NCBI GenBank assembly: GCA_017396395.1
Contig: JAFQMF010000018.1
Span: forward strand, 25,945-89,944
Direction: 5' to 3'
From: Clostridia bacterium
Lineage (GTDB): Bacteria > Bacillota > Clostridia > RUG12999
Length of the DNA: 64,000 nucleotides
This document shows positions 9,893 to 18,003 of the stretch, piece after piece. Each line of letters starts with the position of its first letter. Position 1 is the stretch's first letter. The translations under genes were made by a program, and so were the position numbers. The notes beneath the pieces are model-generated. The model searched no databases, was not told where the DNA came from, and worked only from the letters and a program-made list of their open reading frames with translations.

Positions 9893-11203
9893 ATGGAAAG
9901 ATATTATCAGGAAAGCATTGAAACTGCCTCCTATGAGCAGATAAAAAAGTGGCAGAGCGAAAGACTTGTTAAAACAATTAACCATGTTTATGAAAATAAT
10001 AAGTATTACCGCAATCTTATGGATGAAAAAGGAATTACACCCGATGATATTAAAGGCGTTGAGGACTTGCACAAGCTTCCTTTCTTAACAAAGGATGACC
10101 TTAGAAAAGCATATCCCTACGGACTTATGTCCAAGCCTTTGTCTGAATGCGTGCGTATCCAGTCCACCAGTGGAACAACTGGTAAACGAGTTGTTGCTTT
10201 TTATACTCAGCATGATATTGACCTTTGGGAAGAATGCTGTGCCAGAGCTATTGTTGCAGCAGGAGGAACTAAGGACGATGTGTGTCAGGTATGCTATGGA
10301 TACGGGTTGTTTACCGGAGGTCCCGGTCTTAACGGCGGTTCTCACAAGGTTGGCTGTCTTACACTTCCTATGTCCTCAGGAAACACAGATCGTCAGCTTC
10401 AGTTTATGACAGACTTAGAAGCTACTATTCTTTGCTGTACTCCTTCTTACGCTGCATATCTTGCAGAAAGCATTCATGAAGCAGGTATCCGTGACCAGAT
10501 TAAACTTAAAGCGGGTATTTTCGGTGCAGAAGCATGGACAGAAGAAATGCGTCACGATATTGAAGAAAAATTAGGCATTAAAGCTTATGATATTTACGGA
10601 CTTACTGAAATTTGCGGTCCCGGTGTTGCTTTTGAGTGTAGCGCGCAGGCAGGTATGCATATTAACGAGGACCACTTTATTGCAGAAATTATCAACCCCG
10701 AAACAGGTGAGGTATTACCTGAGGGAGAAAAGGGCGAATTAGTATTTACTTGTATTACAAAGGAAGCTTTCCCTGTAATCAGATATAGAACAAAGGATAT
10801 TTGTGTGCTTACCCGTGAAAAATGCTCCTGCGGAAGAACTCTTATTAAAATGGCAAAGCCTATGGGCAGAAGTGACGATATGATGATTATTCGTGGTGTA
10901 AATGTGTTCCCCTCACAAATCGAAGAGGTTCTGCTTAAGGTAAGCGGTGGTGACCTTACTCCCAACTATCAGATTATTGTTGACCGTGTAAATAATACCG
11001 ATACTCTTGATATCAATGTTGAAATGAGCAATAATATTTTCTCAGATGACATTAAAACTATTCAGGCAATTGAAAAGAAAATTGTTGAAAAGCTCAGAAG
11101 TGTTCTTGGTATTGGTGCAAAGGTACATCTTGTTAATCCAAAAACAATTGAACGCAGTGAAGGTAAGGCAAAGCGTGTAATTGATAACAGAAAGCTTGTA
11201 TAA
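9893..11203 (+). CDS. paaK: phenylacetate-CoA ligase family (arylacetate-CoA ligase)
   Basis: 436 aa. LPFLTKDDLR, STSGTTGKRVV and the C-terminal KAKRVIDNR pattern typical of PaaK-type ligases. Adjacent to iorAB. Confidence 0.85.
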   Translation: MERYYQESIETASYEQIKKWQSERLVKTINHVYENNKYYRNLMDEKGITPDDIKGVEDLHKLPFLTKDDLRKAYPYGLMSKPLSECVRIQSTSGTTGKRVVAFYTQHDIDLWEECCARAIVAAGGTKDDVCQVCYGYGLFTGGPGLNGGSHKVGCLTLPMSSGNTDRQLQFMTDLEATILCCTPSYAAYLAESIHEAGIRDQIKLKAGIFGAEAWTEEMRHDIEEKLGIKAYDIYGLTEICGPGVAFECSAQAGMHINEDHFIAEIINPETGEVLPEGEKGELVFTCITKEAFPVIRYRTKDICVLTREKCSCGRTLIKMAKPMGRSDDMMIIRGVNVFPSQIEEVLLKVSGGDLTPNYQIIVDRVNNTDTLDINVEMSNNIFSDDIKTIQAIEKKIVEKLRSVLGIGAKVHLVNPKTIERSEGKAKRVIDNRKLV

Positions 11204-11221
11204 AATAAAGGAGAATATGTT

Positions 11222-11653
11222 ATGTATATTAAACAGTTGTCGGTATTTATTGAAAATAAAGCAGGCAGACTTGCTGAAGCGTTAAAGGTACTTAGTGACA
11301 ATGGAATTGATATCAGCGCTTTATCTATTGCAGACACCTCCGAGTTCGGAATTTTAAGAATGATTGTATCAGACCCGGCTCTTGCAAAAGAGAAGCTTTT
11401 TGAAAGCGGAGTTATTGTTAAAACAACTGAAGTTATGGGTATTGTTTTAGAAGATAAGCCAGGTTCTCTGGCAAATGTTGTGGCACTTTTAGCGGATAAC
11501 GGAATTGTTGTTGAATATGCTTACGCGTTCCTTGGTTGTGACAAGGAAAAAGCTCTTGTGGTAATCAGTGTGGACAATCAGGAGGGTGCTGTAGAAATTC
11601 TTAAAAATTCAGGAGTTACTACCATAAATCCTTCGGATATTTACAGGGTGTAA
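11222..11653 (+). CDS. ACT domain-containing protein
   Basis: 143 aa with two tandem ACT-like halves (LSVFIENKAGRLAE.. and GIVLEDKPGSLANV..). Last gene of the operon. Confidence 0.75.
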   Translation: MYIKQLSVFIENKAGRLAEALKVLSDNGIDISALSIADTSEFGILRMIVSDPALAKEKLFESGVIVKTTEVMGIVLEDKPGSLANVVALLADNGIVVEYAYAFLGCDKEKALVVISVDNQEGAVEILKNSGVTTINPSDIYRV

Positions 11654-11756
11654 AAACAATATAGGTTAAAAAAACGCAGGATTTTGATATTCATTTATAC
11701 TCATTCAATCATCTTTTTTGACATTACATTGGATTTCCCCTTTTCACTCGGTAAAA

Positions 11757-11806
11757 GCCGAATATAACTGCGTAGCAATATAACTTGCCGTAGGCAAATA
11801 TAACAG
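11757..11806. repeat. three imperfect tandem units each containing AATATAAC
   Basis: AATATAAC at 11761-11768, 11777-11784 and 11797-11804; units resemble GC(C)GTAG(G)CAA(A)TATAAC. Confidence 0.5.
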
Positions 11807-11847
11807 AAAAAAAGACATTATTCTTAAAGAATAATGTCTTTTTTTCT
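11806..11847. terminator. bidirectional intrinsic terminator ending the ior/paaK operon
   Basis: A-run, then palindrome AAGACATTATTC..GAATAATGTCTT, then a T-run. Confidence 0.8.
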
Positions 11848-12011
11848 GGGTAAGAATGCATATTTTGATACAAATTGTTCAGCGTGTATAATTGGTTGCA
11901 TAGTGACCTTCATTTAAGAAATGGTGACCATCACCTGGATTTTTGATACTTATTGTATGTAGACTAATTGTATTCAAAAATATATAATATTCATATTAGG
12001 GGGGTGTTTTT

Positions 12012-12221
12012 ATGGACATTGTAAAAGTTTTTGGAAATAACCTTAAAAAATATCGTACAGCTATGGGTATCTCGCAAGAAGCGTTTGCAGATAAATGTGG
12101 TATGCATCGCACCTATATTAGTGCAATCGAATGTTATCGCAGAAGCATCTCTCTTGAAAATATTCAACGTATTGCTGATGCTTTGGAAATTGATACTTAT
12201 AAGTTATTCAAGGAGGATTAA
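12012..12221 (+). CDS. XRE-family HTH controller (C) protein of a restriction-modification system
   Basis: 69 aa. Typical C-protein pattern LKKYR..GISQEAFADKCGMHRTYISAIE....SLENIQRIADAL. Its 3' end contains the RBS (AAGGAGGA) of the nuclease gene, which starts 2 nt after the stop. Confidence 0.8.
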   Translation: MDIVKVFGNNLKKYRTAMGISQEAFADKCGMHRTYISAIECYRRSISLENIQRIADALEIDTYKLFKED

Positions 12222-12223
12222 AA

Positions 12224-12826
12224 ATGAAGGTAACAAAGACGAACTTGTTTTTAAAGTTAGCAAATCCAGACAAAAATGGTATAAGCAGATGGGTAAGCGT
12301 AACGGAGTTTGTGGGAGAATACGCTGAACTTAAATTTGGTAACGGAGCTTCTTGGGCAAGAAAAGAATCAACTCTTGCTAAGAAATACATAATAGAATTT
12401 GACAAATCCATCACTTCTGGCAATGGAATAGACCGTTTAAGACTAAATGGATTTAATGATGGGGATTATTCCCAACACATCCGAGCGGATATTAAGAAAA
12501 CTATCGGAGCACAACGCTGTGTTGTATTAGGCACATCAAAGCCGGAAGTTGATCACAAAAACGGAATGAAAAACGAAGATAGAGTTATGCGTAATGAAGA
12601 TCAAAAACTTTCTGATTTTCAACCATTAAGCAAGGCTGCGAATGATGCAAAACGTCAATATTGTAAAGAGTGCCGCAGAACTGGAATTAGATATGATGCT
12701 AAAAAATTAGGATATCCTATGTCTTATTATGCTGGAGGAGCTAAACATAATATGGAAGAGGATGCCTGTGTGGGATGTTATTGGTACGACCCACTGGAGT
12801 TCAAAAAACATTTAAAGCAAAAATAA
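12224..12826 (+). CDS. putative Type II restriction endonuclease, HNH (beta-beta-alpha-Me) fold with Cys4 zinc site
   Basis: 200 aa. EVDHKNG...N...FQPLSKAANDAKRQ reads as an HNH motif, followed by CKEC ... CVGC. Translationally coupled to the C gene and convergent with two DNA MTases. Confidence 0.6.
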   Translation: MKVTKTNLFLKLANPDKNGISRWVSVTEFVGEYAELKFGNGASWARKESTLAKKYIIEFDKSITSGNGIDRLRLNGFNDGDYSQHIRADIKKTIGAQRCVVLGTSKPEVDHKNGMKNEDRVMRNEDQKLSDFQPLSKAANDAKRQYCKECRRTGIRYDAKKLGYPMSYYAGGAKHNMEEDACVGCYWYDPLEFKKHLKQK

Positions 12827-12830
12827 TGCA

Positions 12831-12861
12831 AAAGGTGAAGTAGAGCGACTACTTCACCTTT
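12831..12861. terminator. bidirectional hairpin between the convergent nuclease and methylase genes
   Basis: AAAGGTGAAGTAG-agcga-CTACTTCACCTTT. The 3' arm overlaps the last codons and stop of the minus-strand MTase. Confidence 0.65.
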
Positions 12862-13634
12862 TTGAATATAAATATGTATTCGTGGTCAAACAAATAGAAA
12901 TCACTTGCTAATGCTCTATAACGCCATATTGCTTCTTGATTTAATTTTCCTTTTGTTCTATCGAAATTTTTAACAAGAATTGCTTTCATCATAAATCCTC
13001 TTTCAAGAAAAAGATTCATACAATGGAAACCCAATGGAACGATTTGGCTGTTGGCATATTTGTCTCCCATAACAACAGCACAATATCTGTTTTTTTCCAA
13101 ATATTGAGTTGTATTATCAATAACTTGCCCGAATGAACTTAAGAATCCTTCTAATGATTCTTCATTAGAGAGGTCTTCCGAATTTTCTGAAAATTTAATT
13201 ATATCCCAATAAGGAGGATGCATAATAGCAAACTGATATTTTTTAATCCCGTATTTCCCTAACAATTCAGGCATATTAATACTTTTACTATTACCCACAA
13301 CAACATTAGTTGAGCATTCAGAATTCTTCTCAAGCATCATTCTCTCGTATGCTTCTTTCGCTATATTTGGTTGTAATTCAATGCCGATAGAATTACGCCC
13401 CATTCGCTGTGCTTCAATAAGGGAAGTTCCGCTCCCCATAAAAGGGTCAAGAATCCAATCACCTTTTTTTGTATATCTTTTATAAAGCTGACGCGGAACT
13501 TGAGGAATGAAGTTTCCGTGATAGTTTGCATTGTGAACCCCTGAATTTTCTCGTTTGAACGACCACAAAGATGTAGTTAAAATGTCGGTGTATTCACGCC
13601 ATTTTTTAGGGTCTAAATCATTATACCAAGCCAT
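12849..13634 (-). CDS. DNA N4-cytosine/N6-adenine methyltransferase (N6_N4_Mtase-like)
   Basis: SAM motif LDPFMGSGTSLIEA preceded by an FP..L..R.I-like block; catalytic-type tetrapeptide HPPY (FAIMHPPYWD). Preferred start is ATG 13634 (RBS AAGGAG, 1 nt after the upstream stop); the ORF-track start is 13661. Confidence 0.7.
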   Translation of the reverse strand: MAWYNDLDPKKWREYTDILTTSLWSFKRENSGVHNANYHGNFIPQVPRQLYKRYTKKGDWILDPFMGSGTSLIEAQRMGRNSIGIELQPNIAKEAYERMMLEKNSECSTNVVVGNSKSINMPELLGKYGIKKYQFAIMHPPYWDIIKFSENSEDLSNEESLEGFLSSFGQVIDNTTQYLEKNRYCAVVMGDKYANSQIVPLGFHCMNLFLERGFMMKAILVKNFDRTKGKLNQEAIWRYRALASDFYLFDHEYIFIFKKVK

Positions 13635-13635
13635 T

Positions 13636-14910
13636 TTATTCTCCTTGTTTATCGTCATCAAGATTCTTGAGACTTTTCATAACAGCCACACCTATTGCCT
13701 TTCCTAAAAGGCAAGGAACTGCATTGCCTATTTGAACTAATTGCCATTTTTTTGTTCCTTGAAAGATAAAATCATCGGGGAATGATTGCAGGGCAGCAAG
13801 TTCTCTCGGAGTAAGTACTCTTGGAAGCTTAGGATGAATATTTACACCACCATGATTTTCCTTTACCGTGCAAGATGGTTTATCCCAAGGTGATTTTTTC
13901 CAAGCATCAGAATAATTTCCGTATAGACTTTGTCCTTCAGGTAAAGCTTTAATTTGTTCAATCATTTTATCTGAGTGTCTTGTGAATATATGATTAATTT
14001 GCTTGTTTTCAGGGATGGACATAAAACGCTTGATTCCTTCACCTAATGTAACATAATTATCAGATGAAAATAATGCTTTAGGATGGTAATTTGTCAAACT
14101 ATGTCTATTTCCTATGAAAATAACCCTTTTTCTAATCTGTGGGACGCCATAATCTGCACTATTAAGAACTGTTACATTAATATCGTAGCCAGCTTCTTTA
14201 TAATCGCTGATAATTTTTGCTTCAACCTTTCCATCAAGCATCGAACGCAATCCTTCGACATTTTCCATTACAACAAAATCCGGCTGAACTTTTTTCACTA
14301 TCTCAAGCATTTCCAAATACAAACTGTTTCTTGGGTCTGTAACAACCCTGTGACCAGCCATACTAAAACCTTGACAAGGGAATCCCCCGACTATTAAATG
14401 AATGTGCTTGTCCTTTATAGATAAATAAAGCTGTTCCTTAACGCTTTCTTCTCTTATGTCTCTTGTTTCTACATTTTCTTCAAAGCCCTTTTTTTCAACG
14501 AAATTATACTTATATGTAGATACAGCTTCAGGCATAATTTCCACACTCCCAACAGGAGTAAAACCAGCCATTGTAAGACCACAACTTAGACCACCTGCAC
14601 CTGCAAATAAGTCTATAAAATTATAACCATTTCTATATTCTTTATTTGACCATCCATCAAATACCCATTTGTCGGAAATATCAATCCAATTTACCTCATC
14701 GTTTTGTTCATCTATAATAGTTTCATTGAATATATTATCCTTTTCAGGGTCAAGATCTGATATTAACCATTTCTCATAGGCTTCTTTTGTAATACGATAT
14801 CTGCTGCCAACTTTGTCCGCCTTTAATTTGCCAGCAGCAATATGTCTTCTAATAGTTTTTTGACTTTGGTTAGACATTTCAGCAACTTCTGCTATTGAAT
14901 AAAACTGCAT
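13636..14910 (-). CDS. DNA (cytosine-5)-methyltransferase with N-terminal excisionase/MerR-like HTH
   Basis: 424 aa. HTH at residues ~4-50 (YSIAEVAEMSNQSQKTIRRHIAAGKL). C5 MTase motifs I FIDLFAGAGGLS, IV GGFPCQGFS, VI ENV, VIII QIRKRVIFIG, X GNAVP. Confidence 0.85.
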   Translation of the reverse strand: MQFYSIAEVAEMSNQSQKTIRRHIAAGKLKADKVGSRYRITKEAYEKWLISDLDPEKDNIFNETIIDEQNDEVNWIDISDKWVFDGWSNKEYRNGYNFIDLFAGAGGLSCGLTMAGFTPVGSVEIMPEAVSTYKYNFVEKKGFEENVETRDIREESVKEQLYLSIKDKHIHLIVGGFPCQGFSMAGHRVVTDPRNSLYLEMLEIVKKVQPDFVVMENVEGLRSMLDGKVEAKIISDYKEAGYDINVTVLNSADYGVPQIRKRVIFIGNRHSLTNYHPKALFSSDNYVTLGEGIKRFMSIPENKQINHIFTRHSDKMIEQIKALPEGQSLYGNYSDAWKKSPWDKPSCTVKENHGGVNIHPKLPRVLTPRELAALQSFPDDFIFQGTKKWQLVQIGNAVPCLLGKAIGVAVMKSLKNLDDDKQGE

Positions 14911-15005
14911 ATTAACCCTCCTACTTAATCCATATGTCCATTATACATGTTTTTTGTCCAAATGTCAATGACTAGGGAGCATTTTATGATTTTTGAAATA
15001 AAAAT

Positions 15006-15043
15006 AAAAGAACGACTATTGTATCACAATAACCGTTCTTTTT
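15006..15043 (-). terminator. terminator downstream of tRNA-Leu
   Basis: Minus strand: GAACGGTTATTG-tgata-CAATAGTCGTTC (two G-U pairs) followed by TTTTATTTTTATTT. Confidence 0.6.
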
Positions 15044-15130
15044 TGGTGCCGGTGGTGGGACTTGAACCCACACGATGTTGCCATCAACGGATTTTGAGTC
15101 CGTCACGTCTGCCAATTCCATCACACCGAC
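15044..15130 (-). tRNA. tRNA-Leu (anticodon CAA), class II with long variable arm, CCA encoded
   Basis: Reverse complement reads GTCGGTG..TGGCAGA..anticodon loop CT-CAA-AA..long variable arm..GGTTCAAGTCCCACCACCGGCACCA. The acceptor stem pairs with one G-U. Confidence 0.85.
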
Positions 15131-15153
15131 TTATATTATACTTACACCCTAAT

Positions 15154-15182
15154 ATTATACTATAAACAAAAAGAAAAATCAA
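15154..15182 (-). promoter_or_regulatory. sigma-A type promoter for tRNA-Leu
   Basis: Minus strand: TTGATT (15182-15177), 17 nt, TATAAT (15159-15154), about 24 nt upstream of the tRNA 5' end. Confidence 0.5.
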
Positions 15183-15303
15183 GTACTTTACGCTAATACT
15201 TTAAAATTTATAGAATTTACATTTGGCATTAGTATAATATGTAAGGTTACTCCTGCCACGCAGGAATTAACCTTGTATTTTGTATAAATAAATTTTATTT
15301 TTC

Positions 15304-16674
15304 TTAGTATTTTTCAGCAATTTCTCTTGCTACAAATACGCCACCTGCAGAAGCATGGGAAAGAGAATGTGTAATACCGCTTCCGTCTCCGATTATATAA
15401 AGACCCTGATATTTTGTTTCTAACTTTTCATCCAGTTCTACTTCCATATTATAGAACTTAACCTCCACTCCGTAAAGCAAAGTGTCATCATTTGCAGTAC
15501 CTGGAGCAATTTTATCAAGAGCATAAATCATTTCGATAATGCCGTCTAAAATTCTCTTGGGTAAAACCAAGCTAAGGTCGCCTGGAGTTGCCTGAAGGGT
15601 GGGAGTAACAAGTCCCTCTTCAATTCGCTTGGAGTTACTTCTTCTGCCACGCACCAAATCGCCAAAACGCTGAACAATTACTCCACCGCCCAGCATATTG
15701 GAAAGTCGTGCTATGCTTTCCCCATAGCCGTTACTATCCTCAAAAGGCTCGGAAAAGTGCTTAGAAACCAAAAGTGCAAAGTTAGTGTTTTCGGTTTTCA
15801 TATCGTTATCTTCATAGCTATGTCCGTTAACAGTAACAATACCATTAGTATTTTCATTTACCACAATGCCGTTAGGATTCATACAAAATGTTCGCACGTT
15901 ATCCTCAAACTTTTCTGTACGATACACGATTTTACTTTCGTAAAGCTCGTCGGTAAGGTGCGAAAATACAACTGCAGGCAGTTCCACTCTCACGCCAATA
16001 TCCACTCTGTTTGACTTGGTGGCAATATTAAGGCTTTTACAAACCTTTTCCATCCATTTACTTCCGCTTCGTCCTACTGAAACAATACAGTTGGTACATT
16101 CATATTCAGCCTTCTGTGTGATTATCTTATATCCGTCCTGTGTAATTTCAATTTCGCTGACAGGAAGATTAAAGAAAAAGTCCACCTGTTTTTCCAGTTT
16201 ATTATACATATTCTGAAGTACAATATAATTTATATCCGTACCCAGATGCCTTACTGAGGCATCCAGAAGGTTAAGCTTGTTTTCTATGCAAATTTTCTTG
16301 AATTTTGTGCCCGCAGTAGAGTAAAGCTTTGTGCCCTCTCCTCCGAACTGCATATTAATATCGTCAACATATTTCATAAGCTCTAAAGCAGTTTTCTTGC
16401 CTATATGCTCATACAATGTGCCACCAAAGCTATTGGTAATATTATATTTTCCGTCAGAAAATGCACCTGCACCTCCAAAACCGCTCATAATAGAACAGGT
16501 TTTGCAACAGATACAGGTTTTTACCTTTTTTCCGTCAATAGGGCATTTTCTCTTATCAAGAGGATTTCCTGCCTCAAATACTGCGATTTTAAGTTCAGGC
16601 TTTTTCAAGCTAAGCTCATATGCAGAAAAAATTCCGCCTGGTCCTGCACCGATTATTATAACGTCGTATTTCAT
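15304..16674 (-). CDS. uncharacterised FAD-dependent dehydrogenase (COG2509-like)
   Basis: 456 aa. N-terminal Rossmann YDVIIIGAGPGGIFSA, an internal Cys-rich CPIDGKKVKTCICCKTC, C-terminal GDGSG. Confidence 0.7.
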   Translation of the reverse strand: MKYDVIIIGAGPGGIFSAYELSLKKPELKIAVFEAGNPLDKRKCPIDGKKVKTCICCKTCSIMSGFGGAGAFSDGKYNITNSFGGTLYEHIGKKTALELMKYVDDINMQFGGEGTKLYSTAGTKFKKICIENKLNLLDASVRHLGTDINYIVLQNMYNKLEKQVDFFFNLPVSEIEITQDGYKIITQKAEYECTNCIVSVGRSGSKWMEKVCKSLNIATKSNRVDIGVRVELPAVVFSHLTDELYESKIVYRTEKFEDNVRTFCMNPNGIVVNENTNGIVTVNGHSYEDNDMKTENTNFALLVSKHFSEPFEDSNGYGESIARLSNMLGGGVIVQRFGDLVRGRRSNSKRIEEGLVTPTLQATPGDLSLVLPKRILDGIIEMIYALDKIAPGTANDDTLLYGVEVKFYNMEVELDEKLETKYQGLYIIGDGSGITHSLSHASAGGVFVAREIAEKY

Positions 16675-17969
16675 TTTATTTTCTCCCTCTTAATAGTTTT
16701 GCCCTTTATTTTTTCCCAATATTCCTTTGCGGTCTGCTCAGTTTTATTAGGTCCGTATTCATAATATACTCTATCCTTTATATTATCCGGAAGATACTGC
16801 TGGGGATAATAGTGATTAGGATAATTATGGGGATAAACATACTCTGTTCCGTTACCAAGTTTTTTCGCACCGCTGTAATGTCCGTCCTTTAAGTGTTTTG
16901 GAATATCTCCCACATCAGTATTTTCCAAATCTGCCAACGCATTACCTATTGCATTTACTCCTGAATTTGATTTAGGAGCAGTAGCAAGAACTATTACCGC
17001 GTGAGCAAGTGGAATTTGTGCCTCAGGAAAACCCAGCTCCTTTGCAGCATCGGTACAAGCCTTTACAATACTTATGGCGGACGGATAGGCAAGCCCTATA
17101 TCCTCTGTTGCAATTACTAAAAGTCTTCGGCAAATGGAAATCAAATCCCCTGCCGCAACTAAGCGGGCAAGATAATGGATTGCTCCGTCAGGGTCGCTTC
17201 CCCGTATGGACTTTTGAAAAGCACTTAAAATATCATAATGGCTGTCCCCGTCTTTATCATACCTCATTTTAGGTCTGCCTGATGCCTCTAAGGCGGTTTC
17301 CATTTGTATATGTATTTCCTTTTCGGTAGTAGATGCAAGAAGACATATTTCCAGCATATTAAGAGCTTTTCTCACATCTCCAAAGCAAGTGTTGGCAATA
17401 TGATAAAGCACACCTTCATCAACCTTTACCTTTAAGTTTTTATAATCCTCTGATACTATTTTTATTGCCCTTTCCAAAGACTTTTCCACTGCCTCTGCAG
17501 ATAAGGGTTTAAACTCAAACACTGTACTTCTGCTTAATATAGCATTATACACATAAAAATATGGATTTTCAGTGGTTGACGCAATAAGAGTTATACTGCC
17601 ATTTTCAATATACTCAAGTAGTGATTGCTGTTGTTTTTTATTAAAATTTTGAATTTCATCAAGGTACAAAAGTACTCCGTTTGCACCTTCAATGCCATCT
17701 ACACTTTTTGCAACCTCTCTTACATCTGCCACAGATGCTGTGGTAGCATTAAGGGAATACAGCTTTTTACCTGCCTTTTTTGCAATTATTCTGGCAACGG
17801 TAGTTTTACCTGTTCCGGAGGGTCCGTAAAATATTAAGTTAGGAATTTTCCCTGCACTAAGCACTTTAGAAAGAAGCTTTCCTTCTCCTAAAATATGCTC
17901 CTGTCCTACAACCTCCGAAAGCTGTGACGGACGTATTCTGTCTGCAAGGGGAGAACCTGAATCATACAT
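16671..17969 (-). CDS. rarA: replication-associated recombination protein A (AAA+ ATPase RarA/MgsA)
   Basis: Walker A GPSGTGKTT, Walker B LYLDEIQ, MgsA C-terminal domain (AFQKSIRGSDPDGAIHYLARL). Preferred start ATG 17969 behind AAAGGAGGG; the ORF track begins at 18002. Confidence 0.85.
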   Translation of the reverse strand: MYDSGSPLADRIRPSQLSEVVGQEHILGEGKLLSKVLSAGKIPNLIFYGPSGTGKTTVARIIAKKAGKKLYSLNATTASVADVREVAKSVDGIEGANGVLLYLDEIQNFNKKQQQSLLEYIENGSITLIASTTENPYFYVYNAILSRSTVFEFKPLSAEAVEKSLERAIKIVSEDYKNLKVKVDEGVLYHIANTCFGDVRKALNMLEICLLASTTEKEIHIQMETALEASGRPKMRYDKDGDSHYDILSAFQKSIRGSDPDGAIHYLARLVAAGDLISICRRLLVIATEDIGLAYPSAISIVKACTDAAKELGFPEAQIPLAHAVIVLATAPKSNSGVNAIGNALADLENTDVGDIPKHLKDGHYSGAKKLGNGTEYVYPHNYPNHYYPQQYLPDNIKDRVYYEYGPNKTEQTAKEYWEKIKGKTIKREKIK

Positions 17970-18003
17970 TTTATAACCCTCCTTTCGGTTTTTAAGTTTC
18001 AAT

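Noticed and set aside
11940-12011. C-box operator palindrome upstream of the C gene
   Set aside because: Only short direct repeats (ATTGTAT x2, TATTCA x2) and a single GACT are visible. There is no GACT..AGTC-type inverted repeat, so no operator call is made.
14947-15165. 72-aa + strand ORF
   Set aside because: It runs antisense through tRNA-Leu and its terminator. It has no RBS, and the tRNA explains the sequence conservation.
11650-15303. Integrase, transposase or att repeats flanking the R-M cassette at tRNA-Leu
   Set aside because: No such ORF is present. I found no copy of the tRNA 3' end (GGGACTTGAACCC...) at the left border. The mobile_element call is therefore not supported.
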